A DNA stretch of 64,000 nucleotides. It comes from Octopus bimaculoides (Eukaryota). The stretch spans positions 191,049,222 through 191,113,221 of the forward strand of contig NC_068981.1 of assembly GCF_001194135.2 (NCBI RefSeq). The letters run 5' to 3'. Position 1 is the stretch's first letter. Every line of letters begins with the position of its first letter. The translations under genes were made by a program, and so were the position numbers. Shown here piece by piece: positions 39,866-53,051 of the stretch. The notes under the pieces are model-generated. The model saw only the letters and a program-made list of their open reading frames with translations, was not told the DNA's origin and did not search any database.

Positions 39866-41237
39866 ATTATTTGAAGGCTATAAGCTAGCAGAACTGTGCT
39901 GGACAAAATACTTAGTGGCACTTCATTTGTCTTTGTGTTCTGAGGTCAAATTCCATCGAGGTCGACATTGCCTTTTATCATTTCAAGGTCAGTAAAGTAA
40001 GTACCAATTGAGAATCAGGGTTGATAATTGACTACCACCTTCGCCCAAAATTGACATGTACAATCAGAGGGTTTATTGTGGGTTGAGAAGGAGCTATATT
40101 AATAAGGATTTCTCATAGGTTGTGTCCATCAGGATTATTTTGTGTAGGTAATTTAATTTATGAAACAATTCATAGTCGAAGGTTATTTTTATGTGCCTAT
40201 AGTACAAAGAATTATTATTAAGGTGGGGAGATGGCAGAATCATTAGCATATCGGGCGAAATGCTTAGCAGTATTTCATCTGTCTTTACATTCTGAATTCA
40301 AATTCCGCTGAGGTTGACTTTGCTTTTCATCTCTTCGGGGTCGATAAATTAAGTACCAGTTGCATACTGGGGTCAATCTAATTAACTGGCACCCCCTCCC
40401 CCAAAATTTTGGGCCTTGTGCCTAGAGTAGAAAAGAATCGTTACTGCACTTGGCAAAATATTTAGCAGCATTTCTTTCTGCTTTTTCACGTTCTGAGTTC
40501 AAACTGGTCAGCTTTGCCTTTCATCCTTTCAGGTTCAATAAAATAAATAAATAAATAAATACCAGTCATGTACTGGGGTGGATGTAATCGACTAACCCCC
40601 TACCCTGTAATGTCAAGCTTTGTGCCTATCGTAGAAAGGATTATTATTATTATTATTATTATTATATTTTCCGATTGATTTGCATTTTATTTCATCTTCC
40701 AGCCAAGTCTCAGCTAGAGACCAAAGGCACATATATTATTATTATTATTATTCATATACACTCAACAGATTGGACTGTTGGGAAAAAAAAGGAGTCCTAA
40801 CATCAGGCTACAACAATTTGCCTTAGATGCCTAGAACCCTCCTATCAGGTTACAGCAAGTAACCTTAGATGCCAAGAACCCTCCTAAGTATCCTAGCTTT
40901 CCCTAATAACACTGTTTTTTTTTTCTCTGCAGCTGTACTAAACTGGGTTTCCTCTATGGGTTTCCTCTGTCCATCTGTTCAGATCTTTACGGATAGTTTC
41001 CAGTGCACCTATAACTACTGGGAAGCAGCGAGATAGCAGAATCATTAGCAAGCCAGGTAAAATGCTTAGCAATATTTTGTCTACCACTACATTCTGAGTT
41101 CAAATTCCACCGAGGTCAACTTTGCTTTTCATCTTTTCAGGGCCAATGAAACGAGCACCAATTATGCACTGGGGTTGATATAATCAACTAACCCCCTTCC
41201 CCCAAAATTTTCAAGGCCTTGTGCCTGTAGTAGAAAT
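39866..41237 (+). mobile_element. Cluster of four co-oriented SINE A copies
   Basis: Copies at about 39866-40050, 40222-40438, 40445-40640 and 41023-41237, with (ATT)n linkers. Confidence 0.85.
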
Positions 41238-41239
41238 AA

Positions 41240-41279
<40 letters not shown>

Positions 41280-41319
41280 CATTTTTATTATTATGAAGCT
41301 AGTGCATGGCTGATTTAAT

Positions 41320-41560
41320 TATGTGACCACGTGTGTATCGTTGGCGATTTTCTTTCTCCATCTTCCCGTCTTTGGTCTTTTTCTATATTTCTGATGAAGA
41401 GCTCCACTAGAAACGTGAAATCCTCTTTCTTTTCTTTCCTTTCCTTAACATCCAATAACACAGTACTTGTACCATGTCCTCATGTTGTTGGTTTTTCTTG
41501 CTTGTTCTTGTTTGGATTGGCTAGTTTAATTAGCTGGAATTTTATCTTGAGGTTTGGTGG
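41320..41560 (+). mobile_element. P2 element, decayed hammerhead
   Basis: TTT CTGATGA A GAGC TCC ACTA GAAAC GT G AAA at 41388-41420; colinear with 14890-15125. Confidence 0.7.
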
Positions 41561-41564
41561 CAAG

Positions 41565-42478
41565 TCTCCTCAAATCTCAAGAATCTTTCATAGGATTCTT
41601 GCAGAATATAGGATGGCACTTTCCTGCAGGTTGACAATGTGAATCTCAATTCCAGTATTTTCAGTCTTTTAGGTAACATTTTCAGCATTGTGACAAATGC
41701 AAAGAATAATTGTTCTTTTAGTCTTCCACAGTTTCTTCTGCTATCTGGCCAGACCCTGACATTTCTCAGTTTTTACAATTTCTTTGATATCAATTCCATT
41801 ATCCTATGGTATTGCAAAGTTTACGATCTTACACTGTTTATATATTTTGTCCTCTATAATCAATAGAATGGTCAGTCTTTATGTGGAAGTCCCATAAGAT
41901 CTCGTAATTCCTATTCTCCCTTACAGCTTCTGATTCATGTTCATACTGCTTTCCTGTTATTTCAAAGCCATACATATCCCAATGCACTCTTTTACCTCCA
42001 CACTCATTCCAGCACTTTTACTCTTTTTGTGCTAGCTTTTTGCACTCACTCAAGAAATGATTGATAGTTCCATTTCCTTTCCTGCAGATTCTACATTTGT
42101 TGTGTGGGTTTTGTCTATCTTTGCCTTTATCGGATTCATCTTAATGGCTTTGTTCCTGGAAAGCTATAATTAGCACTTCAGTCTCTTGTTTTAAGTTTCT
42201 GTCTGTCAGCCATAATCAACATTCTTTACTTCCAACATCCTCAGTTTGTTGCATAAATTGACTATATAATTCCATTTCTTTCCATCTGCTTGTTCTGTTG
42301 TTCTTCCTTCACTCTGCACAATTTTTCAAACCCAATATCAGGGTACAGACTGTGTCTTCTGTATTTAGTAATCCTCTACCTGCTTCCTTTCTTGGTAGGT
42401 AGAGTCTGTCAGTATTACTTTTAGGATGGTGTGAATTGTGCATTGTGAGCAGCTTCTTAGATTTTCTATCCAATGTGA
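41565..42478 (-). mobile_element. R4/Dong-clade (restriction-like endonuclease) LINE, 3' fragment, decayed
   Basis: LDRKSKKLLTMHNSHHPKSNTDRLYLPRKEAGRGLL; TEVLIIAFQEQ; ECKKLAQKE; RVHW...YEH...NYEILWDFHI; IVNFAIP.D..DIKE..K.EK; LQESAILYSARIL. Confidence 0.85.
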
Positions 42479-42480
42479 GT

Positions 42481-42553
42481 GTTGTTGTTGTTAATAATAA
42501 TAATAATAATAATAATGATAATAATAATAATAATAATAATAACAAAGATAATA
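42481..42553. repeat. (GTT)n(TAA)n microsatellite at the LINE 5' junction
   Basis: Direct reading. Confidence 0.95.
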
Positions 42554-43692
42554 ATGTTTTTGTGTATATTTCTTCTTTCTGCTTTCATATCATTAAATTC
42601 ACTTCATTTTACTTTGATTTCCATTAATTTTCCATTTCTTTGTTAGAATAAAATTTGGTAAATAATTATTTGAATTTTATGCAGAGTTTATTATTGACAT
42701 TAAATTGCTAATGAATAAAGATGCGGCATCCTCTATACTTAGGGAAATTAATGAAATATGCTTACTACATTATATTTTCCTTCAAAAGTATCTTATTCTC
42801 AACATTAAGAATTTTCACTTGCTATCAGGTTTTCATCTCCAAGAAAGTAATTAATACAATAAAGGATATTGATCTGTGAATCTAAGAAAGGTAAAAAAAA
42901 AAAAAAAAGTCATTCTTAATTAATAATGAGAGATAATGTTTCATTTGAAAATTTGATGTTTTAATGAGGGAAAATAAGGAGGGGAAATTATTTTAGATTA
43001 TCAACTAAGGATAATTAATATTAGATAAATGTGGTGCCTCATTCTGTTAGACAATTTGAATTAAGAGCTTCTCTTTATCCAACTAGTCCTGTGCTGTCAT
43101 CACAGTGGCACATTTGTCTCTCCTCTTCTAATCACCCCTATTGTGCCCTGTCTTACACTGATCGGTACATCCAATCCTTCTTCTCTAGAATATCATACCT
43201 TTGCAATTCCCACCATGTACAGATGTTTGACTCCTGAAGCCATCAATTTGCAGTCATTCAAGAGGATTCCATCCCACTGGTCCCAAGGGCTCTGAAGGAT
43301 ATGGGGACAGGTCCTTTTTTTTCCAATCCAGTAAACAAAGAGAGGTGCTTAAACAAAAACTAGAATTCTTATTGAGCTGTTTGTTAATTGCTTGAAAAAC
43401 ATTAATTATGAGAAAATTATGAGAATTATTCACTAACTCTACAGAATAATATACTTAGCACTGTAGCACCTCAGAGTTATTGTGTAAAATATATAGAATG
43501 CTATATGATGATAAACTATGTGTGTAACCACAAAAGAAGTAGACTTCAATATCATGGGATATATTTAACATATACAAACATGGAACACTCACTTACAGTA
43601 CTAAGAGTTTTCCTGTAAACCATGAGTATGAAGCTGTCTAATTTCCAATCAGTAATCAACAGGCAATGACTGTGTCTTGAATTATCAATCAG

Positions 43693-43740
43693 AAATCGAA
43701 GAACTTCATACCTGTGGTTCACTGGGAAACTTCAAGTACT
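43693..43740 (+). CDS. Candidate 48-nt cassette exon (IEELHTCGSLGNFKY in phase 1)
   Basis: ttgaattatcaatcag|AAATCG...AGTACT|gtatgtgagt; open in all three phases, unique sequence; modest acceptor. Confidence 0.4.
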
Positions 43741-44879
43741 GTATGTGAGTGCTCCATATTTGTATAATGTACTAAAGAATGATATATGACTACATATGTT
43801 ACAAAATTTAAGAAAACTTATGTTAGGCACTGGAAAATATGATTAATTTCTTCCTCAGAATTTCAAAATTAATACTCTACAGTTTGCATGTGATTTCCAA
43901 CAGCTTTAATTATATGTATTGTTCATAAAGAAACTAATCTGAGAAAACCGTGAATTTATAAATTTTTATTTTTATTTCAAATTTAGTTGAAAGAAAATTA
44001 ATCCCATGGCTTTTGCAATGTTTCCTCAGATTAGTTTCTTAATGGACCATATTTAGAAACTACACCTACTGGCAATCACATGCAAATTATTAAGCAATGA
44101 GTTTGCAATTCCTTCTGTTGAACCTACTGAGGAATCCTTATAGTTTTTCAGATAAAAATATTGACATTCCTACCTCCTTTTTAATGTCTCAAGAAAATTC
44201 TAAACCATGATACCAGTGGTCACTTCATCAAACACATGAAAACTGCAAATTATATAACACACCAATATCACTATATTTATTTTATATAACTTTATATTGA
44301 CAGTTTTTCTGCCTTCACTTCAGACTTCTATATGACGTCAATTCACTCTGGACTTTTCTTATATCTTTTCTTTTATTCTAGGTTCTTAGTTTTAATTCAT
44401 TTTTTCTTAATTTTTTTTTTTTTTGTCTTTTTTCTTTTGGCCAAAATCTATTCAACGAATAGTTTTAAAATCTTCTTATATTCATTATCACTGTTGTCAT
44501 GTCACCAAACACTGGGTCTTTTCAATCTATTATCATTTTCTGCCACATTTCTGGCAGTACCATCTGTCAATCTTTCTGCAGGCCTTTTTAACTCAAGATT
44601 TCATAATGTAAAGACAGAATATTTTAATGCTAGTAAAACAAATAGAAGATATGGGTGCTGACATTATTTGTGTGGTTGTGCAGTTTGCTTTAAAACTGCA
44701 TGGCTTAAGGTTCAATCTTATTTGATGGCACCTTGGGCAGGTGTCTCCTACCATAGCCTTGGGTCAACTAAAACCTTGTTAGTCAAATATTGGTAGACAG
44801 AATTTATGGAAGCCCATCAAAGAGATTATTTTTGACATTGGTGATAGGCTTAATCCATTAACTGGTTTAACACCATTAC

Positions 44880-44994
44880 CTGGCACTTGGCTGCTTTTAA
44901 TGGAATCCGTTCTGTTGTTAGTGTTACTTGAGTGTTTGTTGGCTGGTGTGCGGTGGTAACTGGTGGAGTTGATGAAAGATTCATGTTTCTTGGG
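44880..44994 (-). CDS. Candidate 115-nt exon on the - strand
   Basis: ttgctttttcacgcag|CCCAAG...GTGCCAG|gtaatg; open as PKKHESFINSTSYHRTPANKH... (phase 0) or PRNMNLSSTPPVTT... (phase 2). Confidence 0.3.
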
Positions 44995-45234
44995 CTGCGT
45001 GAAAAAGCAACTGAACAACACCCGCAAACATTTAACAGAATATTTTATTATCACCCATTAAGTCAAAAGTACACTTTTATAGACAACAACATTAATAATT
45101 ACACACTGAGAGAGAAGGAAAAACTGCACCACATTCAATGAAGTTACTTATGAGACATTGTGTGAATGTTTAGTTTGGTCTGTCCAAAAACCTGGAGATG
45201 TTGGTGCATATATTTGGAACTGTTTGATGTGGCA

Positions 45235-45416
45235 AGACATCTTTAGCGGTATTTCATCTGTCTTTACATTCTGGGTTCAAATTCTGCTGAGGTTGACTTT
45301 GCCTTTCATCTGTTTGGGGTCAATAAATTAAGTACCAGTTATGCACTGGGGTCAATCTAATCAACTGGCCTGCTCTCTAAAATTTTTGGGCCTTGTGCCT
45401 AGAGTAGAAAAGAATA
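45235..45416 (+). mobile_element. SINE family A (5' truncated)
   Basis: Matches the other A copies. Confidence 0.85.
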
Positions 45417-47679
45417 TTCTACAGTTAATTACCACCAAAAGTGGCTTTTTATAGGGCAGAAGAAGATTCTAGAAAATTGAATCTAGTGGTAGCTTGACAC
45501 TGATTGGTTGCTTAATAGACTGACCGTGTGGTTTTCTTGAGATGTCTGACCACGTATTCACAGATTCAGTTTTGAATCCTCCCTACACTAGCATTCACGT
45601 CAGGTGTCCAGTTTGAGGAGAACTTTCTCCACTCCCACACCCTACCCCCTGCCAATTTCAAAGACACTGAGAAGGTCAGGGGCACTTCCCTTACTATTCT
45701 GACTCAGTTATTAAAAAAATGGGAACTTTTATGTGTATGTTTGATCTGCTATAAATAGAAATCAGATCTTCCTCAAATTAAAGGCTGTCATGTTAACATA
45801 TTTCTGTTCATATTTCTGTTGAAATACACAGCCTTCATTTCAATTAATTTTGAAATTAATGAAGAGAGTTTAGTAAACTAATTTTGTCCTTATTTAGCTG
45901 TGGATTGAAACTTAAATTTACATAAAATCTTGATGAAAAGTTTCAGTTTAGATCGCTTTAACTGAGGAAGCTTTTATCACAGAACCAGGATTAAAAGAGT
46001 TAAAAAAGAACATGTCAGAGGATAGTGTAAGCTGGGCTACAGTATTGTAGTGGGGCAATGGAGAGTCAAAAATACTGGATGGTCATTGCTGGAATACATA
46101 TGATCATAAAAATCAACTGGATCAACCCTGAGAAGGGGCTAAAAATGACAATTCTTTTTATCATCTTTTAAAGAGAGTTAATATTAAATGTAAATGCATT
46201 CTATATGTTTATTTCAATGACAACAACATTTAGTGATGTAATTGTATCTTTGTAACTCTAGAGGAATGCTGCTTTGTTTACGATAACATATGTAAATATG
46301 TTTATATTTAAGTGTCTGGCTTTGTGAAAGTAAGATGATAGATATATGAAAGCGAAGTATTGTTCATATCTTCAGCTCTGTAAATATAACAAACTGCTAG
46401 AAGAATGACCAGAGACACACACCCTGGGACACCTGCTGCATATATGGTTAAACAGGAGCTTGCATATTTAATATATGAGAGAAAGAAATAATAAAATCTT
46501 CGTTTAGATATGTCAGCTCAAGAAACACAAGGGTGACAAAAAGAAATTTAAATAAATGTAATAAAATTCAAACTAGAATGCTGTAGGGAATGCTTCTGAT
46601 ACTGACAATATGGTACCATTCTGGGACAGGTTGTGTTTCCTCTCTGTTGCTTTTATGAAACTTTCAAAGTGAAACTCTATATGCAAACTTTATGCAGTAT
46701 TTGATCTGGATATATTGTTGTGATGTTGAAGTTTTACAAATTTTCTGATACCACTCAATGTATTTTCTTATTGTTAAATTGTCAAGTTTCTGCATAATCC
46801 CTTTCAGAATATTTGTTTATATATTCAACTTAATTTTTATATCATCATTCGTGAACAATAGAATAATTGGTTACAGGTTACCAACAGAACAGTCACTTGT
46901 TTGCTGGATTTATGATGGTGTCAATAACAAGGGAATGTTTGTGGCTCAATGCAGAACAAATATGACAAGGAACTTTGTTTGAAAAGATATTAAGCATTTT
47001 CTTTTTGTTGTTTTCTTTTTCTCTTCTTATCTTCCACCAACATACAATTTCAGTTTGTAGTGATGGCATGACAAGAAAACTCTATTCTATCTGCTGCAAT
47101 GGCTGTGTCTTTGAGTAGAAACATACATTGAAAAATGTGATTAGAGCTTTCATCGATCTGGTAGGTCTCTCGATACAACAACACACTAATCACTGACTGA
47201 TTGAGAAGAATTAATGCAATTAATTTGATTTTCAAGTATCTCTAGGAACACGAGTTTGCATTGCAGGCGTGCCCACAAATATGGTTCACTTTTTTAGCAA
47301 GAGGGATTTTGCTACTTGAATGAAAACCTGTATCACTTGCAGTCTCTGTTGTTACCAGCAAACATGGGAGTGGACTACTGTTGCACGTATTTCCTGATAA
47401 AGACTGGATTATATTCGTTGCACACCAATAATGCAAACGCATGCCTAAGAATTTAAACTACTGAATTAATTGAATTAATTCGTTGCAGCCAATTAGCAAT
47501 TAACTTGCTATATCAAGAGGCCTGGCTAATTAATGATAGCCTTGATCACACTTCTCTTGCTATGTTGCTTCACATGAAAAAAGGGTTCTTTTTATGTATG
47601 CTATCAATGCAAAGAACATTTTCCCCTCTTATTAAGACCTAAACATGTTGACAATAATTTCCCAAGCATGCCAAGGAAA

Positions 47680-48500
47680 ATGATAATCATCATCATCATC
47701 GTTTAACGTCCGTTTTCTATGCTGGCATGGGTTGGACAGTTTGACTGAGGTCTGGAGAGCCAGCAGCTGCACCAGGCTCCAGTCTGATCAGGCAATGTTT
47801 CTACAGCTGGATGCCCTTCCTAACGCCAACCACTCCAAGAGTGTAGTGGGTGCTTTTTACATGCCACTGGCACAGGAGCCAGTCAGGCAGGTTTGGCATC
47901 AATCACTTTCAGATAGTGTTTTTTGCATGCCTCCAGCATTGGAGCCAGTCAGGGGGTACTGGTATCAGCCACGTTCAGATGGTGCTTTTCACATGCCACC
48001 GGCACAGGGGCCAGTCAGGCGGTCCTGGCATCGACCACATTCAGATAGCACTTTTCATGTGCCACCAGCACAGGAGCCAGTCAGGAGGTACTGGCATTGA
48101 CCACATTCAGATGGTGCTTTTTATGTGCCACCGGCNNNNNNNNNNCCACCAGCACAGGAGCCAGTCAGGAGGTACTGGCATTGACCACATTCAGATGGTG
48201 CTTTTTATGTGCCACCGGCACAGGAGCCAGTCAGGCGGATGTGACATCAACCACATTCAGATGGTGCTTTTTATGTGCCATTGGCACAGGAGCCAGTCAA
48301 GGAACACTGGCCAGAATGGGAGCTAGTCAGGGGGCACTGACCACAGCTACGATTTTGGTTTTACTTGACTCAATAGATCTTTTCAAGTGTATCATATTGC
48401 CCGACGCATCAAAGGTACTCTTAAACGAGCCGGACATGCAACACTGGCTTCAGCCATGGCTGCGATCTCACTTTAGTTGCCGGCTCCTCTCAATCACAGC
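47680..48500 (-). mobile_element. Family C / RTE 3' end containing a 66-nt tandem array
   Basis: (CAT)n start, GGATGCCCTTCCTAACGCCAACC motif, about 7 tandem units at about 47865-48330. Confidence 0.85.
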
Positions 48501-49099
48501 ATATCTCCAAAAATCATTTAAGGCAGTGAGCTGATAGAATTGTTAACGCATAGAGAGTAATGCTTAGCAGTATTTCTTCTGACTCTATGTTCTAGTTTCA
48601 TCTTTTTAGGGTCCATAAAATAAGTACCATTTGAGCACTGGGATCAATACAATCAATGAAATTTATGGCCTTGTGCCAAAATTTGAAATCAATACTAATA
48701 AATTATTTAATAAATTAAATACTATTGATTAATATCATTTATTTATAAGTACTTAATTCTACTTAAATATATGAATATTAACTCACAACAAAAATTATGA
48801 CCTACTCAAGATCACAATGTAATAGCAATATCATAGTTTTAACCTATAACCTTCTGACCTCACAAGCATATTCTCATCATTCTTTCTTCTTTTTCTTTTT
48901 CTTTTTATTTCAACTCTACCCACTTCATCAGTCAGCTTTGCTTTTCTGGATCAATAAAAAAAATAATACATATCCAATAAACTCAACTAATGGAAACATC
49001 AGATCATCAGACTGGATGCCAGGATTGTGTTTATTATGTGAAATTGGTTTATCCAGTTGTGTTACACCACTATGGTTAGTGACTATTTAACAAATGACT

Positions 49100-49449
49100 T
49101 TGCCTCTTGTCCTTTCAGGGTCGATAAATGAAGTACCAGTTGCATACTGGGGTCAATCTAATCAGTTGGGCCCCTCCCAAAAAATTTCAGGCCTTGTGCA
49201 TAGAGCAGAAAAGAATATTGACTGGTTTCTTTAAGGCGGCAAGCTGGAAGAAATGTTAGCACACCGGGCAAAATGTTTAGCAGTATTTCATCTGTCTTTA
49301 CATTCTGAATTCAAATTCTGCTGAGGTCGACTTTGCCTCTCATCCTTTCAGGGTCAATAAATTAAGTACCAGTTGTGTACTAGGGTCGATCTTATCGACT
49401 GGCCCCTTCCTCAAAAATGTTGGGCCTTGTGTCTAGAGTAGAAAAGAAT
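49100..49449 (+). mobile_element. Tandem SINE A pair; second copy with 18-bp TSD
   Basis: TSD AATATTGACTG(G/A)TTTCTT at 49214-49231 and 49447-49464. Confidence 0.9.
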
Positions 49450-50579
49450 ATTGACTGATTTCTTGTAAAGGAAGCTTTGTTTCCTAGTCAGGTCAGAGTT
49501 GTCTTTCTTTGGTATTTGTTGCTGAAGTAAACTAAACAGTTCAGAATGCATCCATCAGTCCAATAAAGGGTGCTCTGAGCTTATTTGGGTGTGTCAACAT
49601 TTTATTTTTAAGCTAGAATTTTTTTCCATGAGAAACTGCAGTGAAAAATATATCTCAGATATATTAAAACTGGTCTTACTTTTCAATCACTTCTTCATGC
49701 AGTTACTTGTGAATGTTTTCGCCAGGGGGCCTCCACCAACTGCAGTTGATGGCATGGCAGCACAGCGAAGAGCGGACTTGGCCACAGTTGCATCCACGCT
49801 AACACAGACGGGCACGCTTGAGAAGCCATGGCTCTTTATTTTCAGTCTCCAAGAAATGGTGGGGATACAGGAGGAGACAATCCTCAAACTGGGGACCCAG
49901 CCTGAATAATTTATGACAGTGAACTCTACTAAAGGTACTCAAAGACCAAGTAAGTGGTGATGTTAAACAAAAATATGAATGAAGTTCCCTCCACCTTGGG
50001 TGGTGGTATTAAACCCAAAAAATGGATTAAATCTCTTCTCCAACCCCAAGAACTCAGATTACAAAGAAAGGCAACACAAAACTGCAAGGTCTCTTGCATG
50101 ACTTCCTAATAATTCCACTGACTTACTTTCCTTGGTGTTACTTTATTTTATTGACAAATCTAGCCCCAAATGAATGAAAGGCAACGTTGACCTGGCAGGA
50201 TTTGAACTCAGTATACAGAAAGCTGGAGTGAATACCATGAGGTATTTTTCCTATGCTCTAATGATTCAACTAATTTGATGCTTTGGTGGTTTTATTTGAA
50301 TCGTGTTGTTGTTAGAAATGACAGTGAGAAGATGATTAATGTGCAGAAGGAAGTGTTCAGTAGAACTGTACTGATGGGTATTATACAGAGAAAGAGACTG
50401 GAGATAATTAAAGAATGATTTAATTATGATCATCTTAGTCACTTTGAGATGGTGGAAGTGAGGGTGGTTGGTCAGTAACTTGGCAGAGTCAGCCAGATAG
50501 CCAGATTCTTTCATTTTCCTTTTCTGTTTCTGGTGGTGTGGATGGAATACAGTCGTAAGTTTTCCATAAATTTGGACAG

Positions 50580-50615
50580 ATTCCTACTTGGATAGAGAAA
50601 GGGTGAAGACTTTTG
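50580..50615 (+). CDS. Candidate 36-nt cassette exon (SYLDRERVKTF, phase 1 only)
   Basis: ttttccataaatttggacag|ATTCC...CTTTTG|gtaagt; consensus donor, frame-preserving, stops in the other two phases. Confidence 0.45.
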
Positions 50616-50779
50616 GTAAGTATAGGTGCTGTCTCAAGGACTGTCAGTGTGTGGGTAATAGTGGGAGCAATGTTGGAATCAGTTGTATTCCTGGGTTAGA
50701 ATAACAGGGTTGAAGATAAAGTCAAGTAAATGCTTATTTTTAAAACGATTACAGAAACAGGGAAAGAAAAACATTTCCA

Positions 50780-51130
50780 ACTGATGTAAGCATTCATTAA
50801 AAACAATGTGTGCATATACGTGTGTATATGCGTTTGTACACATACATGTTTGTATCCGTGTTTTCATGTGTATATAAATGCACTTTTGTATGCATATGTG
50901 CACACGCATAAGCATACATGTGTGTATGCATATGTTTGTATACATAAGCAAACATGTATGTCTGTGTATGTGTGAGTACCAACGTTTTGTATACATATGC
51001 ATGAATATCTGTATGCTTATATATTTGTGCTTATATAATTTATTATACTATATGTATACAAGTGTTTTTGTTTGCACATGTGTTTATATAGTTGTGTGTA
51101 TATATCTGTGTGTTGTTTCTGTGTTTCTAT
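50780..51130. repeat. Degenerate (GT/AT/AC)n low-complexity tract
   Basis: Direct reading. Confidence 0.85.
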
Positions 51131-51867
51131 GAAACTTTAACAACACATTATTGATCGCACAATCTAGGATTGTATTGTGTATCTGTATTGGAATATTAGT
51201 TTCTAAATCTATACTTTACTGACTGAGAATAATAAAACTTATTCGCTTACACATAAAAGAACTTCTCAGAAAGTAGGATTAACTTTTGAAGTGAAACTTA
51301 ATAAGAGAATAATTTGTGCAACACTACCCACCCGTCCCCCCATCTAACTTCCATCTTTCAGATTTGATGTCAGTGAACTAACCTTTTATTGACAATAATT
51401 TATGATTTTACAGCGAAAACGTTAAGAAAAATCATTGAATAATTTTTTTAATTTTTATTTTTTGTGGGGCTTGGTCTGAAGGAAAGGGTTATATGTTGGC
51501 CTTTACAAGCCCTCTATAATTAAAATTCCTCTTAAATGATATTCACTACAACAACAAATGCTAATTGGAATTGCCAGTTGTGAACTAACAAAGTCTAATA
51601 TGATATGTCATCAGTATTTAATGTCCATATTCCATGCCGGTATGGGTTAGATGGTTTGACAGGATCTGAGCGACTTGTAGCAGGAATATTTAGCAATCAA
51701 ACCCAGATTACAATATCTGATGCCAAAATAACTGACTCAAGAATACAATCACAATTTCTTAAAATATTACCAATGTCATGAAAAGATCTGACCATTACTT
51801 CATGTGGAATCAGATATAACAACAATTTCATCTATATATTCAACACTATATATTCAGCACATTTTAG

Positions 51868-52007
51868 CTGCTAATGACAGACATCGTACTGGACTCAGAA
51901 GATGGCAGACAGTAGCAGAATTTGCAGCTGGCCAGAGTGCTGTCACAGCACAAAAACAATGGACAACTCACAATGGTCAGCTAACATCAAGGAACCTACA
52001 ACAGTGA
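51868..52007 (+). CDS. Candidate terminal coding exon (ANDRHRTGLRRWQTVAEFAAGQSAVTAQKQWTTHNGQLTSRNLQQ*, phase 1)
   Basis: tattcagcacattttag| acceptor, raised GC relative to flanks, 45 open codons, non-repetitive. Confidence 0.35.
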
Positions 52008-52149
52008 TTACTATCATTCCTAGTCCAAGAATGATAAGCTTTGAACTGTCTTGATGTTTGGTATTGTTTACAATAAAAATAGATACATTTTTGTTAAATA
52101 TCTCAAACAGATTTCAGTGTTCTTTATCATAACATATCATATCATAACA

Positions 52150-52705
52150 TATCATCATCATCTTCATTTAACGTCCGCTTTCCATGCTGGCATGGGTTAG
52201 ATGGTTTGACTGAGGACTAGTAAGCCGGGAGGCTGCAGCAGGCTCCAGTCTGTTCTGACAAGGTTTCTACAGCTGGATGCGCTTCCTAATACCAACCACT
52301 GTACAGAGTGTACTGGGTGCTTTTTACATGCCACTGACATGGGTGGCACTGGCATTGACCATGCTTGAATGGTGCTTTTTACATTCCACTGGCACAGGAG
52401 CCAGTCAGATATCCTTAGCATCGACCATGCTTGAATGGTGCTTTTTATGTGTCACCACCACAGTAGCCAGTTAGGTGGCACTCACATCAATCACACTCAA
52501 ATGGTGCTTCATACATACCACTGGCACAGGTGCCAATCAAGCAACACTGGCATCAGTCACTCTTGAATGGTGCATTTTATGTGCCACCAGTATCATGCTT
52601 CATTATCTACTTTAGCATGGTTTTTACTGCTGGATGCCCTTACAAATGCCAGCCACTTTACAGTGTGTATTGGGTGCCACCAGCAATACTGAGGTCACTA
52701 CATGA
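52150..52705 (-). mobile_element. Family C copy with diverged internal tandem units
   Basis: Same motifs as 47680-48500. Confidence 0.8.
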
Positions 52706-53051
52706 CTTGCAAGGCTATGAGTACCAAGGAGAGGGGCAACTTTTCATGAGGAGAATAAGTAGAGATGGAGTAAAGCATTAGAGAAAAGGGCTGGAGCAGA
52801 ACAGGTCTCTTACTGTAGAGGAACTACATGACTCCTCACATTTTAGAAGGGAGGTTACGGGGAGGTGGAGCTTGAAAGTAGTATAACTGGTGATGAGGTG
52901 TGAGAAGGAACCTTCAAGTTTCATACAAAAATTAATCTGGATAAAGTGATTGGGAAAGATAAGTAAATAATACAGTTCTATATTTAAGAGACGAGGAATT
53001 ATTTACATTATTTACAATTGACGGATATTTGTCCTCAACTTGTTTGTTGTT

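Noticed and set aside
47865-48330. CRISPR-like array
   Set aside because: Units are similar along their whole length with no unique spacers, no cas genes, eukaryotic LINE context.
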